Source: a virus (taxonomy: Duplodnaviria; Heunggongvirae; Uroviricota; Caudoviricetes). Taken from it: DNA of 64,000 nucleotides. Position numbers and translations under genes: made by a program. The notes below the pieces were generated by a model. That model made no database searches. It had not been told where the DNA came from and saw nothing but the letters and a program-made list of their open reading frames with translations. The first letter of the stretch is position 1. Every line of letters starts with the position of its first letter. Below, piece after piece: positions 10,187 through 18,212 of the stretch. Location: the IMG/VR virus record IMGVR_UViG_3300032286_000505, positions 1 to 64,000 of that record, one strand, 5' to 3'.

Positions 10187-11020
10187 ATGACTACTAAAAA
10201 GAAATCGTTTAATTCCGAACTTGATGATTTGTTAGCAGGGTTAAAACTTCCATCTGACGAAGATATCAAAAGAGATACCACATCATTAAAAATATCAGAA
10301 AACAATCGAAGAACATGGGCAAACCCTAATGTATCAAATAAAAGATCTTCATCTATTAAACAGGCAAAAAAAGATGCTGGGGCGTGTCCAACTGAATTAT
10401 ATGAAGAGATTTACTTAAACAGTTTTGGATCAGATCGCAGAGATGGGTATGTAGATACAGCAAGAAAATTCTTAAAATCTAAAGGGTTTGACTTTCATAA
10501 AGATCGTGTGTATCACATTATCAATAACGGTCTCAATACTGTTGATGTAGAGACTCACGAACAAAATATTTCTAAGTGGGAAAAAACTTTTGGATTTGGT
10601 GTTTGGGAAATAACTTCGCCGGGTGTTGATCTACTTGAAGAATATGATATTGTATGGGGTGATAATAAGTTTCCACCGAGTGTTATATATCATATTCGAT
10701 TTAATATGTCAACTTGTTCTCCTAAAGAAATTAGAGATTATTTGCTTCCGTGGACTAACGGAGATTATATTAGGTCATCCGACGGTAGTAAAGTAGAAAA
10801 TGGTAGGTATATAAATCTTAGAAAAAAACAATACCCATTCCTTACAGATAAATCTTCTATTACAATTTCTATTTCTGATAGAGATGAAATGTGTGATTGG
10901 TTAAAGAAAAAAATGAAAAGGAAATCTCTTACTATAGGGTATATGTGGCAAATCCTAAATCAAGGAACTGATATAAAGCAGGTAGGGGAACTACAAGGTT
11001 GGTTGATTAGGAAACTATAA
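10187..11020 (+). CDS. hypothetical protein (277 aa)
   Basis: ORF follows the ATPase after a 4-nt gap; no motif recognised. Confidence 0.4.
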   Translation: MTTKKKSFNSELDDLLAGLKLPSDEDIKRDTTSLKISENNRRTWANPNVSNKRSSSIKQAKKDAGACPTELYEEIYLNSFGSDRRDGYVDTARKFLKSKGFDFHKDRVYHIINNGLNTVDVETHEQNISKWEKTFGFGVWEITSPGVDLLEEYDIVWGDNKFPPSVIYHIRFNMSTCSPKEIRDYLLPWTNGDYIRSSDGSKVENGRYINLRKKQYPFLTDKSSITISISDRDEMCDWLKKKMKRKSLTIGYMWQILNQGTDIKQVGELQGWLIRKL

Positions 11021-11522
11021 TAACACTATATCCTTTGTGCGGCTTACCTCTACCAACACATTGGTTATGAAAACTGTTGTAGTTCAAGCCGTTTGATTCA
11101 CACCAAGTTTTAAGAGATTTGATTGTTTCGGTAGTCCCGTCCGGATATACTACTGTAAATTCTTTAGCACTAGGATTTTTTTCGCCTTTGCGGGTGCCTA
11201 GTGCTTTAATTTTTTCCATATTATATTTCATACCTTTGTTCCCACCTTTAGATTGTCTTATAGCCCTGCCCTTTTTTCCTGCCGCAGATAACACTAGTTT
11301 TATATGTTCTTTATTAATAGAAAGTTTAGCAAGACCCTGCCACGCTAGATAATCTTGCCAATGTCCGTATTCTTCATACAATTTACGATGTGCCTCTGCG
11401 TGTTCTTCTGGACTTAGTTCTACTAGATTAGTAGTATCATCAGACCCTCCGCGATGCTTTGGAACAATATGGTGTTTATGTTTCATACATATATTTATGT
11501 CGATCCTAAAAGTTCTTGACAA
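11007..11522 (-). CDS. HNH homing endonuclease
   Basis: HHIVPKHRGGSDDTTNLVELSPEEHAEAHR His-Me finger motif; lone minus-strand gene in a + strand block. Confidence 0.8.
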   Translation of the reverse strand: MSRTFRIDINICMKHKHHIVPKHRGGSDDTTNLVELSPEEHAEAHRKLYEEYGHWQDYLAWQGLAKLSINKEHIKLVLSAAGKKGRAIRQSKGGNKGMKYNMEKIKALGTRKGEKNPSAKEFTVVYPDGTTETIKSLKTWCESNGLNYNSFHNQCVGRGKPHKGYSVIIVS

Positions 11523-11544
11523 GATTTACATATAAATATATAAT
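11516..11544 (+). promoter_or_regulatory. sigma70 promoter TTGACA-17-TATAAT
   Basis: Perfect consensus; fires into direct-repeat copy 2 and a non-coding stretch. Confidence 0.6.
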
Positions 11545-11545
11545 G

Positions 11546-11596
11546 TAAGTTAAGACTGTATGAAGTTGACAGAAACGGATTCAAGACGTGGGTTCG
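11546..11596 (+). repeat. approx. 50-bp direct repeat copy 2
   Basis: Matches 9125..9175; continues into a tRNA-like T-arm GTGGGTTCGACTCCCAC followed by CACCTCCACC. Confidence 0.7.
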
Positions 11597-11821
11597 ACTC
11601 CCACCACCTCCACCTAAGTGTATAAGGTATATTTAGGTGGGGGTGACCAGGCTATCGATTGGGTCAAGAGTACGGAAATGGACAGTCCGGCAATGTAGAA
11701 GCCGTTAGGATTGGGGATTCCCGGTTGCAGAAGCAAAACAAAGTAAATGCAAATGATGAAGCATTTTTGATGGCCGCCTAAATCGGCTATCGGGGCAGCT
11801 ATGCCTAGCAACAGGAAATAG

Positions 11822-11853
11822 CAGAAAGCACCTTCGGGTGCTTTCTTTATTGT
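11822..11853 (+). terminator. Rho-independent terminator (GAAAGCACC-TTCG-GGTGCTTTC followed by TTTATTGTT)
   Basis: 9-bp GC-containing stem, tetraloop, T-rich tail. Confidence 0.6.
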
Positions 11854-11987
11854 TAAAATCTATTGAGCTCATAAAAATATATTAGATAAAAGTTATTAAA
11901 AATGCTTGCTCTATAGTGTAAATAAAAGCATAATATAATTATAGAACACGAAGTTCTCAATATTCATTTCACACACAAGGAGAAGAT

Positions 11988-12548
11988 ATGAAAACAGTTG
12001 GCGATAAATTAGAAAAATTTGCAGTGATCGGTGTAAGGTTTGGTCAGCCAGAAGATGCTTTCTTTACAATTACAGATGAGAGCTTTCCGGGCAAGTGGAA
12101 AGTAATCGTTTACTATCCAAAAGACTTTACATTCGTTTGCCCTACAGAAATTGTAGCCTATGATAAGTTAGCAGCAGACTTTGACGACCGTGATGCAGTA
12201 TTGCTCACTGGTTCAACAGACAACGAGTTTTGTAAAGTAGCTTGGCAAAACGCACATCCAGATCTAAAGAACATTCGTCATAATCAGTTTGCCGACACTG
12301 CTCGTCACCAACCAGGTGAAGAACGTGGCAGTGTAAGTTTGATTGAACAGCTCGGTGTGTTCTATGCTCCGGCAGGTGCCGCACTTCGTGCTACATTCAT
12401 TGTTGACCCAGATAACGTTATTCAGCACGTGACTGTGAACAACTTGAACGTAGGTCGTAGCCCAGAAGAAACACTTCGTGTATTGGACGCATTGCAAACA
12501 GGTGAACTGTGTGCTTGCAACCGCACAGTGGGCGGCGAGACTCTCTAA
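11988..12548 (+). CDS. peroxiredoxin (AhpC/TSA 2-Cys family)
   Basis: FTFVCPTEI peroxidatic-Cys motif; RBS AAGGAGAAGATATG. Confidence 0.85.
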   Translation: MKTVGDKLEKFAVIGVRFGQPEDAFFTITDESFPGKWKVIVYYPKDFTFVCPTEIVAYDKLAADFDDRDAVLLTGSTDNEFCKVAWQNAHPDLKNIRHNQFADTARHQPGEERGSVSLIEQLGVFYAPAGAALRATFIVDPDNVIQHVTVNNLNVGRSPEETLRVLDALQTGELCACNRTVGGETL

Positions 12549-12745
12549 TGCTAAAATTCTTCAGTCGAGGCGTAGAAACTCTGCGCCAGCCTGATCGAAA
12601 TCCCAGATGTTATGAATTAACTGACCAAGAGCGACTTAATAAAATTCGTGAATGGAACAATCGTAACATCTGGAACGATCTTTCACTTACATACGAAGAC
12701 GCACTTGCTGTAGATATGCCAAAAAATAGATACTACGGAGCATAA
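12509..12745 (+). CDS. hypothetical protein (78 aa)
   Basis: ORF overlaps the end of the peroxiredoxin gene; weak support. Confidence 0.3.
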   Translation: MCLQPHSGRRDSLMLKFFSRGVETLRQPDRNPRCYELTDQERLNKIREWNNRNIWNDLSLTYEDALAVDMPKNRYYGA

Positions 12746-13384
12746 ATGTTAGAAACAATTTGTGAAGTTCTTGAAGACGCTTACCAGCGCAACTGGATTA
12801 CCAGCCGTGATGGTAATGTAAGTATTCGTCACCACGACCGCGATCACTTTTATATCACTCCCTCGGGTGTGCGTAAGCAGACTCTACAACCAGATCAGTT
12901 CAAGAAGATTGGTCTAATGTTCCAGCCCAATGACCTAAATCAGGATTGGTTCGATATGCCCTACACTGACATCAGTGCCAATCTCAAACCGTCTGGAGAG
13001 ATTCCTCTACATTTTGGACTACAACGAAAAATGGGACAACACAGCACAGATGTTCGAGTTGTAGTGCATGTTCATCCTACTTACTGTATCGCAGCCATGC
13101 ACGCCGGTATTGATTTGAGTACTATTAGCGATGCGTTTCCAGAACTTAATCGTTATACACGAGTTGCACCCAATGTAGGTGACGTTGCTCCCATCAGTCA
13201 AGAGCTTGCAGATCAATGTCATAAAGCATTACAACTAGATGATCAAGGAAATATTGCTTATGACATAGTGGGCATCAAAGGACACGGGGTTGTGGCTATT
13301 GATACTAGCCCCTGGCGTGCTTACGAGCATATTGAGCGCTTAGAGCATATTTGTAAGATTGTATTAGCTTCGGGGAAATATTAA
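12746..13384 (+). CDS. class II aldolase/adducin-family protein
   Basis: N-terminal GNVSIRHHDRDHFYITPSGV pattern, HVHPTYCIAAMHAG metal-binding-like region. Confidence 0.5.
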   Translation: MLETICEVLEDAYQRNWITSRDGNVSIRHHDRDHFYITPSGVRKQTLQPDQFKKIGLMFQPNDLNQDWFDMPYTDISANLKPSGEIPLHFGLQRKMGQHSTDVRVVVHVHPTYCIAAMHAGIDLSTISDAFPELNRYTRVAPNVGDVAPISQELADQCHKALQLDDQGNIAYDIVGIKGHGVVAIDTSPWRAYEHIERLEHICKIVLASGKY

Positions 13385-13385
13385 A

Positions 13386-13799
13386 ATGTTAGAATGTTTG
13401 ATTATAGGTGATAGTATTGCCGTTGGTACTGCTATGGCTCGCAAAGAATGTGTGAGCCATGCTCGAGGCGGTTGGAACAGTTGGCAATGGAACAAAGATT
13501 ACTTAGAAAAAGTAAAAGGCAATCCTGCCAAAACTGTGATCATCAGTCTGGGTGCTAATGACCATGCGGGCGTAAAAACTGAACGAGAACTTCGTAAAAT
13601 GCGAGAAGCAATTACAGCTCACAGGGTATTTTGGATTGATCCGGGAAAGGATCGAAAGCCAGTACCGCACGATGCTATAGTTCGTATTGCACAAGAATAC
13701 GGAGACACAATATTACCGAGACCCAAGGATCATATGAGTGCAGATGGCATTCATCCTACAGGTCGAGGATATAGAATTTTAGGAGATCAAACACGATGA
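13386..13799 (+). CDS. SGNH/GDSL-type hydrolase
   Basis: N-terminal IIGDSIAVG catalytic Ser block; GANDH block. Confidence 0.5.
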   Translation: MLECLIIGDSIAVGTAMARKECVSHARGGWNSWQWNKDYLEKVKGNPAKTVIISLGANDHAGVKTERELRKMREAITAHRVFWIDPGKDRKPVPHDAIVRIAQEYGDTILPRPKDHMSADGIHPTGRGYRILGDQTR

Positions 13800-14338
13800 C
13801 ACAATGGGTAGATATGGTCAAAGAGGCATTACCTGAATATGCCAAAGATACAAAGTTAAATCTTGACGCAGTCATCAAGCGTTCAACACTAGATCCTGTA
13901 GAAGCAGAAGCATGTGCTTTGGCTGCTCTAGTAGCAACAGGCAATGGCAAATTACTTGCTTGGGTTCTAGCAAACACAGATTTAAATATTAAGACAGACA
14001 CAGTAGACAATGTTAAAGAGCGTGATGCCGCAATGACGGCTGCAAGCATTATGGCACAGAATAACGTATGGTATCCCTATGTTGAAATGGCAGAAGATCC
14101 GGCATTAAAAGGATTGCCAGCACAGTTGCGTATGAACGCTATTGCCAGCCACGGTGGTACAACCAAAGCTCGTTTTGAAGCATATAGTTTAGCCGCTAGT
14201 ATTGTTGGCAAGTGTCACTTCTGCGTTAAGGCACACTATGACACGCTAAAGAAGGAAGGCTATACTGTGGAACAACTTCGTGACATTGGACGTATTGCAT
14301 CTGTTATAAATTCAGTTGCTAAAGTATTAAACAGTTGA
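13796..14338 (+). CDS. AhpD-like alkylhydroperoxidase / carboxymuconolactone decarboxylase family protein
   Basis: CHFCVKAH matches the AhpD C-x-x-C-x3-H redox motif; sits in the same block as the AhpC-type peroxiredoxin. Confidence 0.6.
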   Translation: MTQWVDMVKEALPEYAKDTKLNLDAVIKRSTLDPVEAEACALAALVATGNGKLLAWVLANTDLNIKTDTVDNVKERDAAMTAASIMAQNNVWYPYVEMAEDPALKGLPAQLRMNAIASHGGTTKARFEAYSLAASIVGKCHFCVKAHYDTLKKEGYTVEQLRDIGRIASVINSVAKVLNS

Positions 14339-14346
14339 TGTAAATC

Positions 14347-14378
14347 ACCAAAGGGTCTTGATAGACCCTTTGTTTACG
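14347..14378 (+). terminator. putative intrinsic terminator (CAAAGGGTC-TTGATA-GACCCTTTG then TTTACG)
   Basis: 9-bp stem directly after the AhpD-like gene; weak T-tail. Confidence 0.4.
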
Positions 14379-14392
14379 TATATAATATACAG

Positions 14393-14629
14393 ATGAAAAA
14401 ACATTTAATAAAACTATTACCAATTATTGGATTGTTGTTGACAGGATGTGCTACACCTGATGTAGAAAAGAGTGTTAGCCGTGATAAAACAATGAACGAT
14501 ATGGCAAAAACTGCGTTGATTGGCGAGATGCTTAACAGCGCGGATCCCGCAGTAAGATTGGAAGGCTCTAGAATTGCCAAAGATTTTATCGTGCCAAAAC
14601 GCAGTTTGATTGATGTTTTGGTAAAATAA
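14393..14629 (+). CDS. small lipoprotein (78 aa)
   Basis: Signal peptide with lipobox LLTGC. Confidence 0.4.
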   Translation: MKKHLIKLLPIIGLLLTGCATPDVEKSVSRDKTMNDMAKTALIGEMLNSADPAVRLEGSRIAKDFIVPKRSLIDVLVK

Positions 14630-14634
14630 TCGAT

Positions 14635-14663
14635 TTACAACAGGAAAGAAAACCTGTATAATA
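14635..14663 (+). promoter_or_regulatory. sigma70-like promoter TTTACA-17-TATAAT
   Basis: 5/6 -35, perfect -10, 17-bp spacer; 55 nt upstream of the nadM-like gene. Confidence 0.5.
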
Positions 14664-14718
14664 AATACATACAGCAAAGAGATAGACTCTGAGCGTATAT
14701 TATTCAAAGGATTTTTGA

Positions 14719-15738
14719 ATGTCAAAGAAATATCACACCCTAGTGCTCATTGGTAGGTTTCAACCGTTTCATTCAGCACACCTTGAGATTGTAAAACGTG
14801 CTACTGCCCTGTGCGAACAGTTAATCATCATCACTGGTTCAGCGGCTCAACCGCGCACCTACAAGAACCCATTTACATCAGCTGAACGTGCGGGCATGAT
14901 CAAATCAGCTACTCGTGGGTTGAATATGCAGATCTACGTTGAACCCAATGTGGACACTATCTATAACGACCAAGCCTGGGCCGTGCGTATCCAAGGTATT
15001 GTCAGCAAGTATGTAGTCCTTGGTACCAAAACTGGCATCATTGGCCACAAGAAAGACGACAGCAGCTTCTATTTGGACATGTTCCCGCAGTGGGGATACG
15101 AAAACGTAGAACTGATTGAGTTCCTTAGTGCCGTAGACATTCGTGACCTGTACTTCAAGCGTGATGTCAACATGAAGTTCATCCGTGGTGTAGTGCCAGA
15201 AACTGTGTTTGACTTTTTGGAAGAATTCCGCCATCATGCTGAATATGAACAGATCATACGTGAGCGTGAGTTTGTTGCCAACTACAAAAAACAGTATGCC
15301 TCGCTACCTTATCCTCCTATCTTTAGTACTGCTGATTCGATTGTAATCTGTAGTGGACACGTACTAATGATCAAGCGCCGTGCTGAGCCTGGCAAGGGTC
15401 TTTGGGCACTGCCCGGTGGCTATGTCAATGCTAACACAGATAAAAGCGTAGAGGATGCTGCCATACGAGAGTTACGTGAAGAAACAATGATTCGGGTACC
15501 TGCTCCAGTGTTGCGCGGTAGCATTGTACGTAGTAAGGTGTTTGATGCTGTTGACCGTAGTCCACGTGGACGTATCATTACCCACGCATTCCACATTCAA
15601 TTGCCAGATGGTGAACTGCCCAAGGTAAAGGGATCAGACGATGCTGAAAAGGCACGTTGGGTTCCTATCGCAGAGGTGCGTAGCGAAGAATGCTTCGAAG
15701 ACCATTATGAAATCATCCAACATTTTCTAGGAGCTTAA
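14719..15738 (+). CDS. nadM: bifunctional NMN adenylyltransferase / Nudix ADP-ribose pyrophosphatase (NadM-Nudix)
   Basis: N-terminal nucleotidyltransferase GRFQPFHSAHL (H-x-G-H class); C-terminal Nudix box GGYVNANTDKSVEDAAIRELREETMI. Confidence 0.8.
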   Translation: MSKKYHTLVLIGRFQPFHSAHLEIVKRATALCEQLIIITGSAAQPRTYKNPFTSAERAGMIKSATRGLNMQIYVEPNVDTIYNDQAWAVRIQGIVSKYVVLGTKTGIIGHKKDDSSFYLDMFPQWGYENVELIEFLSAVDIRDLYFKRDVNMKFIRGVVPETVFDFLEEFRHHAEYEQIIREREFVANYKKQYASLPYPPIFSTADSIVICSGHVLMIKRRAEPGKGLWALPGGYVNANTDKSVEDAAIRELREETMIRVPAPVLRGSIVRSKVFDAVDRSPRGRIITHAFHIQLPDGELPKVKGSDDAEKARWVPIAEVRSEECFEDHYEIIQHFLGA

Positions 15739-15739
15739 T

Positions 15740-15961
15740 ATGAACGAACGAATTCGAGAACTTATCAACCAAATGAATCAAGCAGGTCTTCCATATGGCG
15801 ATAACGCAATGACCGTCACAGACCGAGACTTGGAATATTTTGCCGAGTTGATTGTTCAGGAATGTGCCGAATTGTGTATTAATGAAGGTCGGACACACGA
15901 CCAATGGTTTGGGTCACATTGCGCTATCACAGTAAAAGAACATTTCGGAGTTGAAGAATGA
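15740..15961 (+). CDS. hypothetical protein (73 aa)
   Basis: Tightly packed ORF. Confidence 0.35.
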   Translation: MNERIRELINQMNQAGLPYGDNAMTVTDRDLEYFAELIVQECAELCINEGRTHDQWFGSHCAITVKEHFGVEE

Positions 15962-16149
15962 AAAAAGATACAAATACAGATACTGCAATTGCAGAATTCC
16001 TGGCCAGAGGCGGAGTTATTCAACAGGCAGCATACCGAGAAAGCGGTAGAGTAGAAGGTGCTCCCCCGTCGCCTTGGGGTGCTAAAAAAGCCGGCCGTAC
16101 TCCAAAAGCGGACTTGCCGCCCGAAGATTTGCACGAGGACGAAGAATGA
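15958..16149 (+). CDS. hypothetical protein (63 aa), acidic C-terminus
   Basis: Overlapping stop-start with its neighbours. Confidence 0.3.
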   Translation: MKKDTNTDTAIAEFLARGGVIQQAAYRESGRVEGAPPSPWGAKKAGRTPKADLPPEDLHEDEE

Positions 16150-16652
16150 AACACTATACAAACACAGACAATCCGGTTGACTTTCCCCAGTCAGCATTGA
16201 AACACACCAAGGGTAATCTACTAGATCTAGCAGAAGCAGGTGAATTCGATATTATTGTACAGGGATGTAACTGCTTCAACACAATGGGCGGAGGAATTGC
16301 CCGAGAGATCCGTGAACGATATCCAATGGCGGCAGAAGTTGATAACGAAACTCTAAAGGGCGACTATTGCAAGTTGGGCAATTTTACCACTGCCTTTACT
16401 GGAAAGTTTTTGATTGTCAACGCCTATACACAGTACAATATGAGTCAAGGTAACGATGTGTTTGAGTATACTGCTTTCTTGTTGATTCTGGAAAAATTGT
16501 TATACGCTTACGGCGATAAACGAATTGGCTTGCCCTACATTGGTATGGGTCTGGCAGGTGGCGATCGTGAGACAATCATTCCAATGATTGAAGAATTTGC
16601 CTACCGTGTTGCCGCTAAAGGTGGAACAGTAACTTTGGTAGAATTTGGTTAA
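16146..16652 (+). CDS. macro domain protein (ADP-ribose binding or processing)
   Basis: GCNCFNTMGGGIAREIRERYP resembles the macro-domain glycine-rich ADP-ribose-binding loop. Confidence 0.6.
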   Translation: MKHYTNTDNPVDFPQSALKHTKGNLLDLAEAGEFDIIVQGCNCFNTMGGGIAREIRERYPMAAEVDNETLKGDYCKLGNFTTAFTGKFLIVNAYTQYNMSQGNDVFEYTAFLLILEKLLYAYGDKRIGLPYIGMGLAGGDRETIIPMIEEFAYRVAAKGGTVTLVEFG

Positions 16653-16659
16653 GAATAGT

Positions 16660-16688
16660 TTGACACAGGAATAGGCCTGTGTTATACT
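16660..16688 (+). promoter_or_regulatory. sigma70 promoter TTGACA-17-TATACT with a 7-bp inverted repeat in the spacer
   Basis: ACACAGG...CCTGTGT hairpin or operator lies between the hexamers. Confidence 0.55.
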
Positions 16689-16741
16689 GTAAACAAGTCC
16701 AAGCGATAGACGCCTGGCATTTTAAATAAAGGAACTTTATT

Positions 16742-18139
16742 ATGAAACTCGCAAAAAACATCATCCTGAACACCGACTCATATAAAGTGAGTATGGATCG
16801 CCAATATCCAGTAGGTACTACCGGTGTATATTCATATATTGAGAGCCGCGGAGGCCGATACGATCAAACAGTATTCTTCGGACTACAGGCTTTTATCAAA
16901 GAGTACCTGCTGGAACCAATCACTCAAGCAGACATCGACATTGCTGAAGAAATCCTTACCGCTCACGGTGAGCCTTTCAACCGATCAGGATGGCAGTACA
17001 TTCTTGACAAACACATGGGATACCTCCCAGTTGTCATCAAATCTGTCCCCGAAGGCACAGTCGTCCCTGTTAAAAATGTACTTGCAACCATTGAAAACAC
17101 AGACCCCGAGTGCTTCTGGCTCACAACATGGCTAGAAACAGCCTTGCTTCGTGCAGTGTGGTACGGTACTACTGTGGCAACACAAAGCTGGACAATTAAA
17201 CAAGTCATTCTTGACTATCTGGAGAAAACTGGTGATCCTAGCACTATCGATTTTAAGTTGCATGACTTTGGCGCTCGGGGCGTATCTAGCCTTGAATCTG
17301 CTGCCATTGGGGGCGCGGCCCACTTGGTCAACTTTATGGGGACCGATACTATCAGTGGTATCCTACACGCTCGTGAGTTTTATAACGCTGGTATTGCTGG
17401 CTTCTCAATTCCTGCTGCCGAACACAGCACCATTACAAGCTGGGGACGAGATGGAGAAGTCGATGCCTACCGCAACATGCTCGATCAGTTCGCCAAGCCC
17501 GGAAGCATTGTTGCTGTCGTGTCTGATTCCTATGACATCTTCAACGCCGCCCGAACCCTCTGGGGAGAAGAACTTCGGCAACAAGTTATTGACAGCGGTG
17601 CAACTGTAGTCATTCGTCCAGATAGTGGAGATCCACTTACTATCAACCAACAGTTGATTGAGATCCTTGGAGAGAAATTTGGTTACACCAAAAACGCCAA
17701 AGGCTTCAAAGTACTTAACAATGTGCGTTTGATCCAAGGCGACGGTGTAAACGAATTGAGTATCCGTAGTATCCTCGGTGGGTTCATGGCCATGGGCTGG
17801 AGTGCTGATAACATTGCATTTGGTATGGGCGGCGCATTGCTCCAGCAATTGGATCGTGATACACTGAAGTTTGCAATGAAGTGTTCTAGTGCAGAAGTCA
17901 ACGGTCGTTGGATCGATGTACAAAAAGATCCGATTACTGACAGCGGCAAGAAGTCTAAAGCAGGTCGCGTAACATTGTGGCAAAGTGGACGCGAGTATTT
18001 TAGCTCTGTTGACAAGCCAAAGACCTGGACAGACTACGGCGTTGGTGACGCAACTGAAGTTCTTGAAGAAGTCTACCGTGACGGTAAGCTGATTAAAGAA
18101 ATCGACTTTGCTACTGTTCGAGCTAACGCTCGCAAATAA
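16742..18139 (+). CDS. nadV: nicotinamide phosphoribosyltransferase (NAMPT/NadV)
   Basis: 465 aa; VVIRPDSGDP and SDSYDIF motifs of the NAMPT/PncB-type phosphoribosyltransferase fold. Confidence 0.8.
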   Translation: MKLAKNIILNTDSYKVSMDRQYPVGTTGVYSYIESRGGRYDQTVFFGLQAFIKEYLLEPITQADIDIAEEILTAHGEPFNRSGWQYILDKHMGYLPVVIKSVPEGTVVPVKNVLATIENTDPECFWLTTWLETALLRAVWYGTTVATQSWTIKQVILDYLEKTGDPSTIDFKLHDFGARGVSSLESAAIGGAAHLVNFMGTDTISGILHAREFYNAGIAGFSIPAAEHSTITSWGRDGEVDAYRNMLDQFAKPGSIVAVVSDSYDIFNAARTLWGEELRQQVIDSGATVVIRPDSGDPLTINQQLIEILGEKFGYTKNAKGFKVLNNVRLIQGDGVNELSIRSILGGFMAMGWSADNIAFGMGGALLQQLDRDTLKFAMKCSSAEVNGRWIDVQKDPITDSGKKSKAGRVTLWQSGREYFSSVDKPKTWTDYGVGDATEVLEEVYRDGKLIKEIDFATVRANARK

Positions 18140-18142
18140 AAC

Positions 18143-18176
18143 TAACAAGGGGATTTACAACCCCTTGTTTTTATTG
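18143..18176 (+). terminator. Rho-independent terminator (CAAGGGGATTTACAACCCCTTG then TTTTTATT)
   Basis: Strong stem-loop with U-tract directly after the NAMPT stop. Confidence 0.7.
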
Positions 18177-18182
18177 TATAAT
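18169..18182 (+). promoter_or_regulatory. extended -10 promoter (TGTATAAT)
   Basis: TGn plus TATAAT directly after the terminator, upstream of the ORF at 18213. Confidence 0.35.
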
Positions 18183-18212
18183 TTATACATAACAACACAC
18201 TGAAAGACAGCA

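Larger units (their letters stand above)
11546..11853 (+). ncRNA. candidate non-coding RNA (approx. 300 nt, promoter to intrinsic terminator), with T-arm-like hairpin and 13-bp hairpin
   Basis: Consensus promoter upstream, terminator at 11822..11853, no ORF longer than 20 aa on + strand, GC-richer than flanks; hairpins GTGGG-TTCGACT-CCCAC and CACCTCCACCTAA...TTAGGTGGGGGTG. Confidence 0.3.

Noticed and set aside
9286-11522. AAA ATPase + unknown gene + HNH as a Septu- or Gabija-like defence cassette
   Set aside because: The HNH gene is on the opposite strand with its own context and has a classic homing-endonuclease motif. The ATPase is short (298 aa) and lacks the long coiled-coil or ABC architecture of PtuA/GajA.
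11614-11811. Minus-strand 65-aa ORF in the 465-nt gap between the HNH gene and the peroxiredoxin gene
   Set aside because: No RBS. It would be transcribed against a consensus + strand promoter and terminator pair, so the region is better explained as a + strand non-coding transcript.
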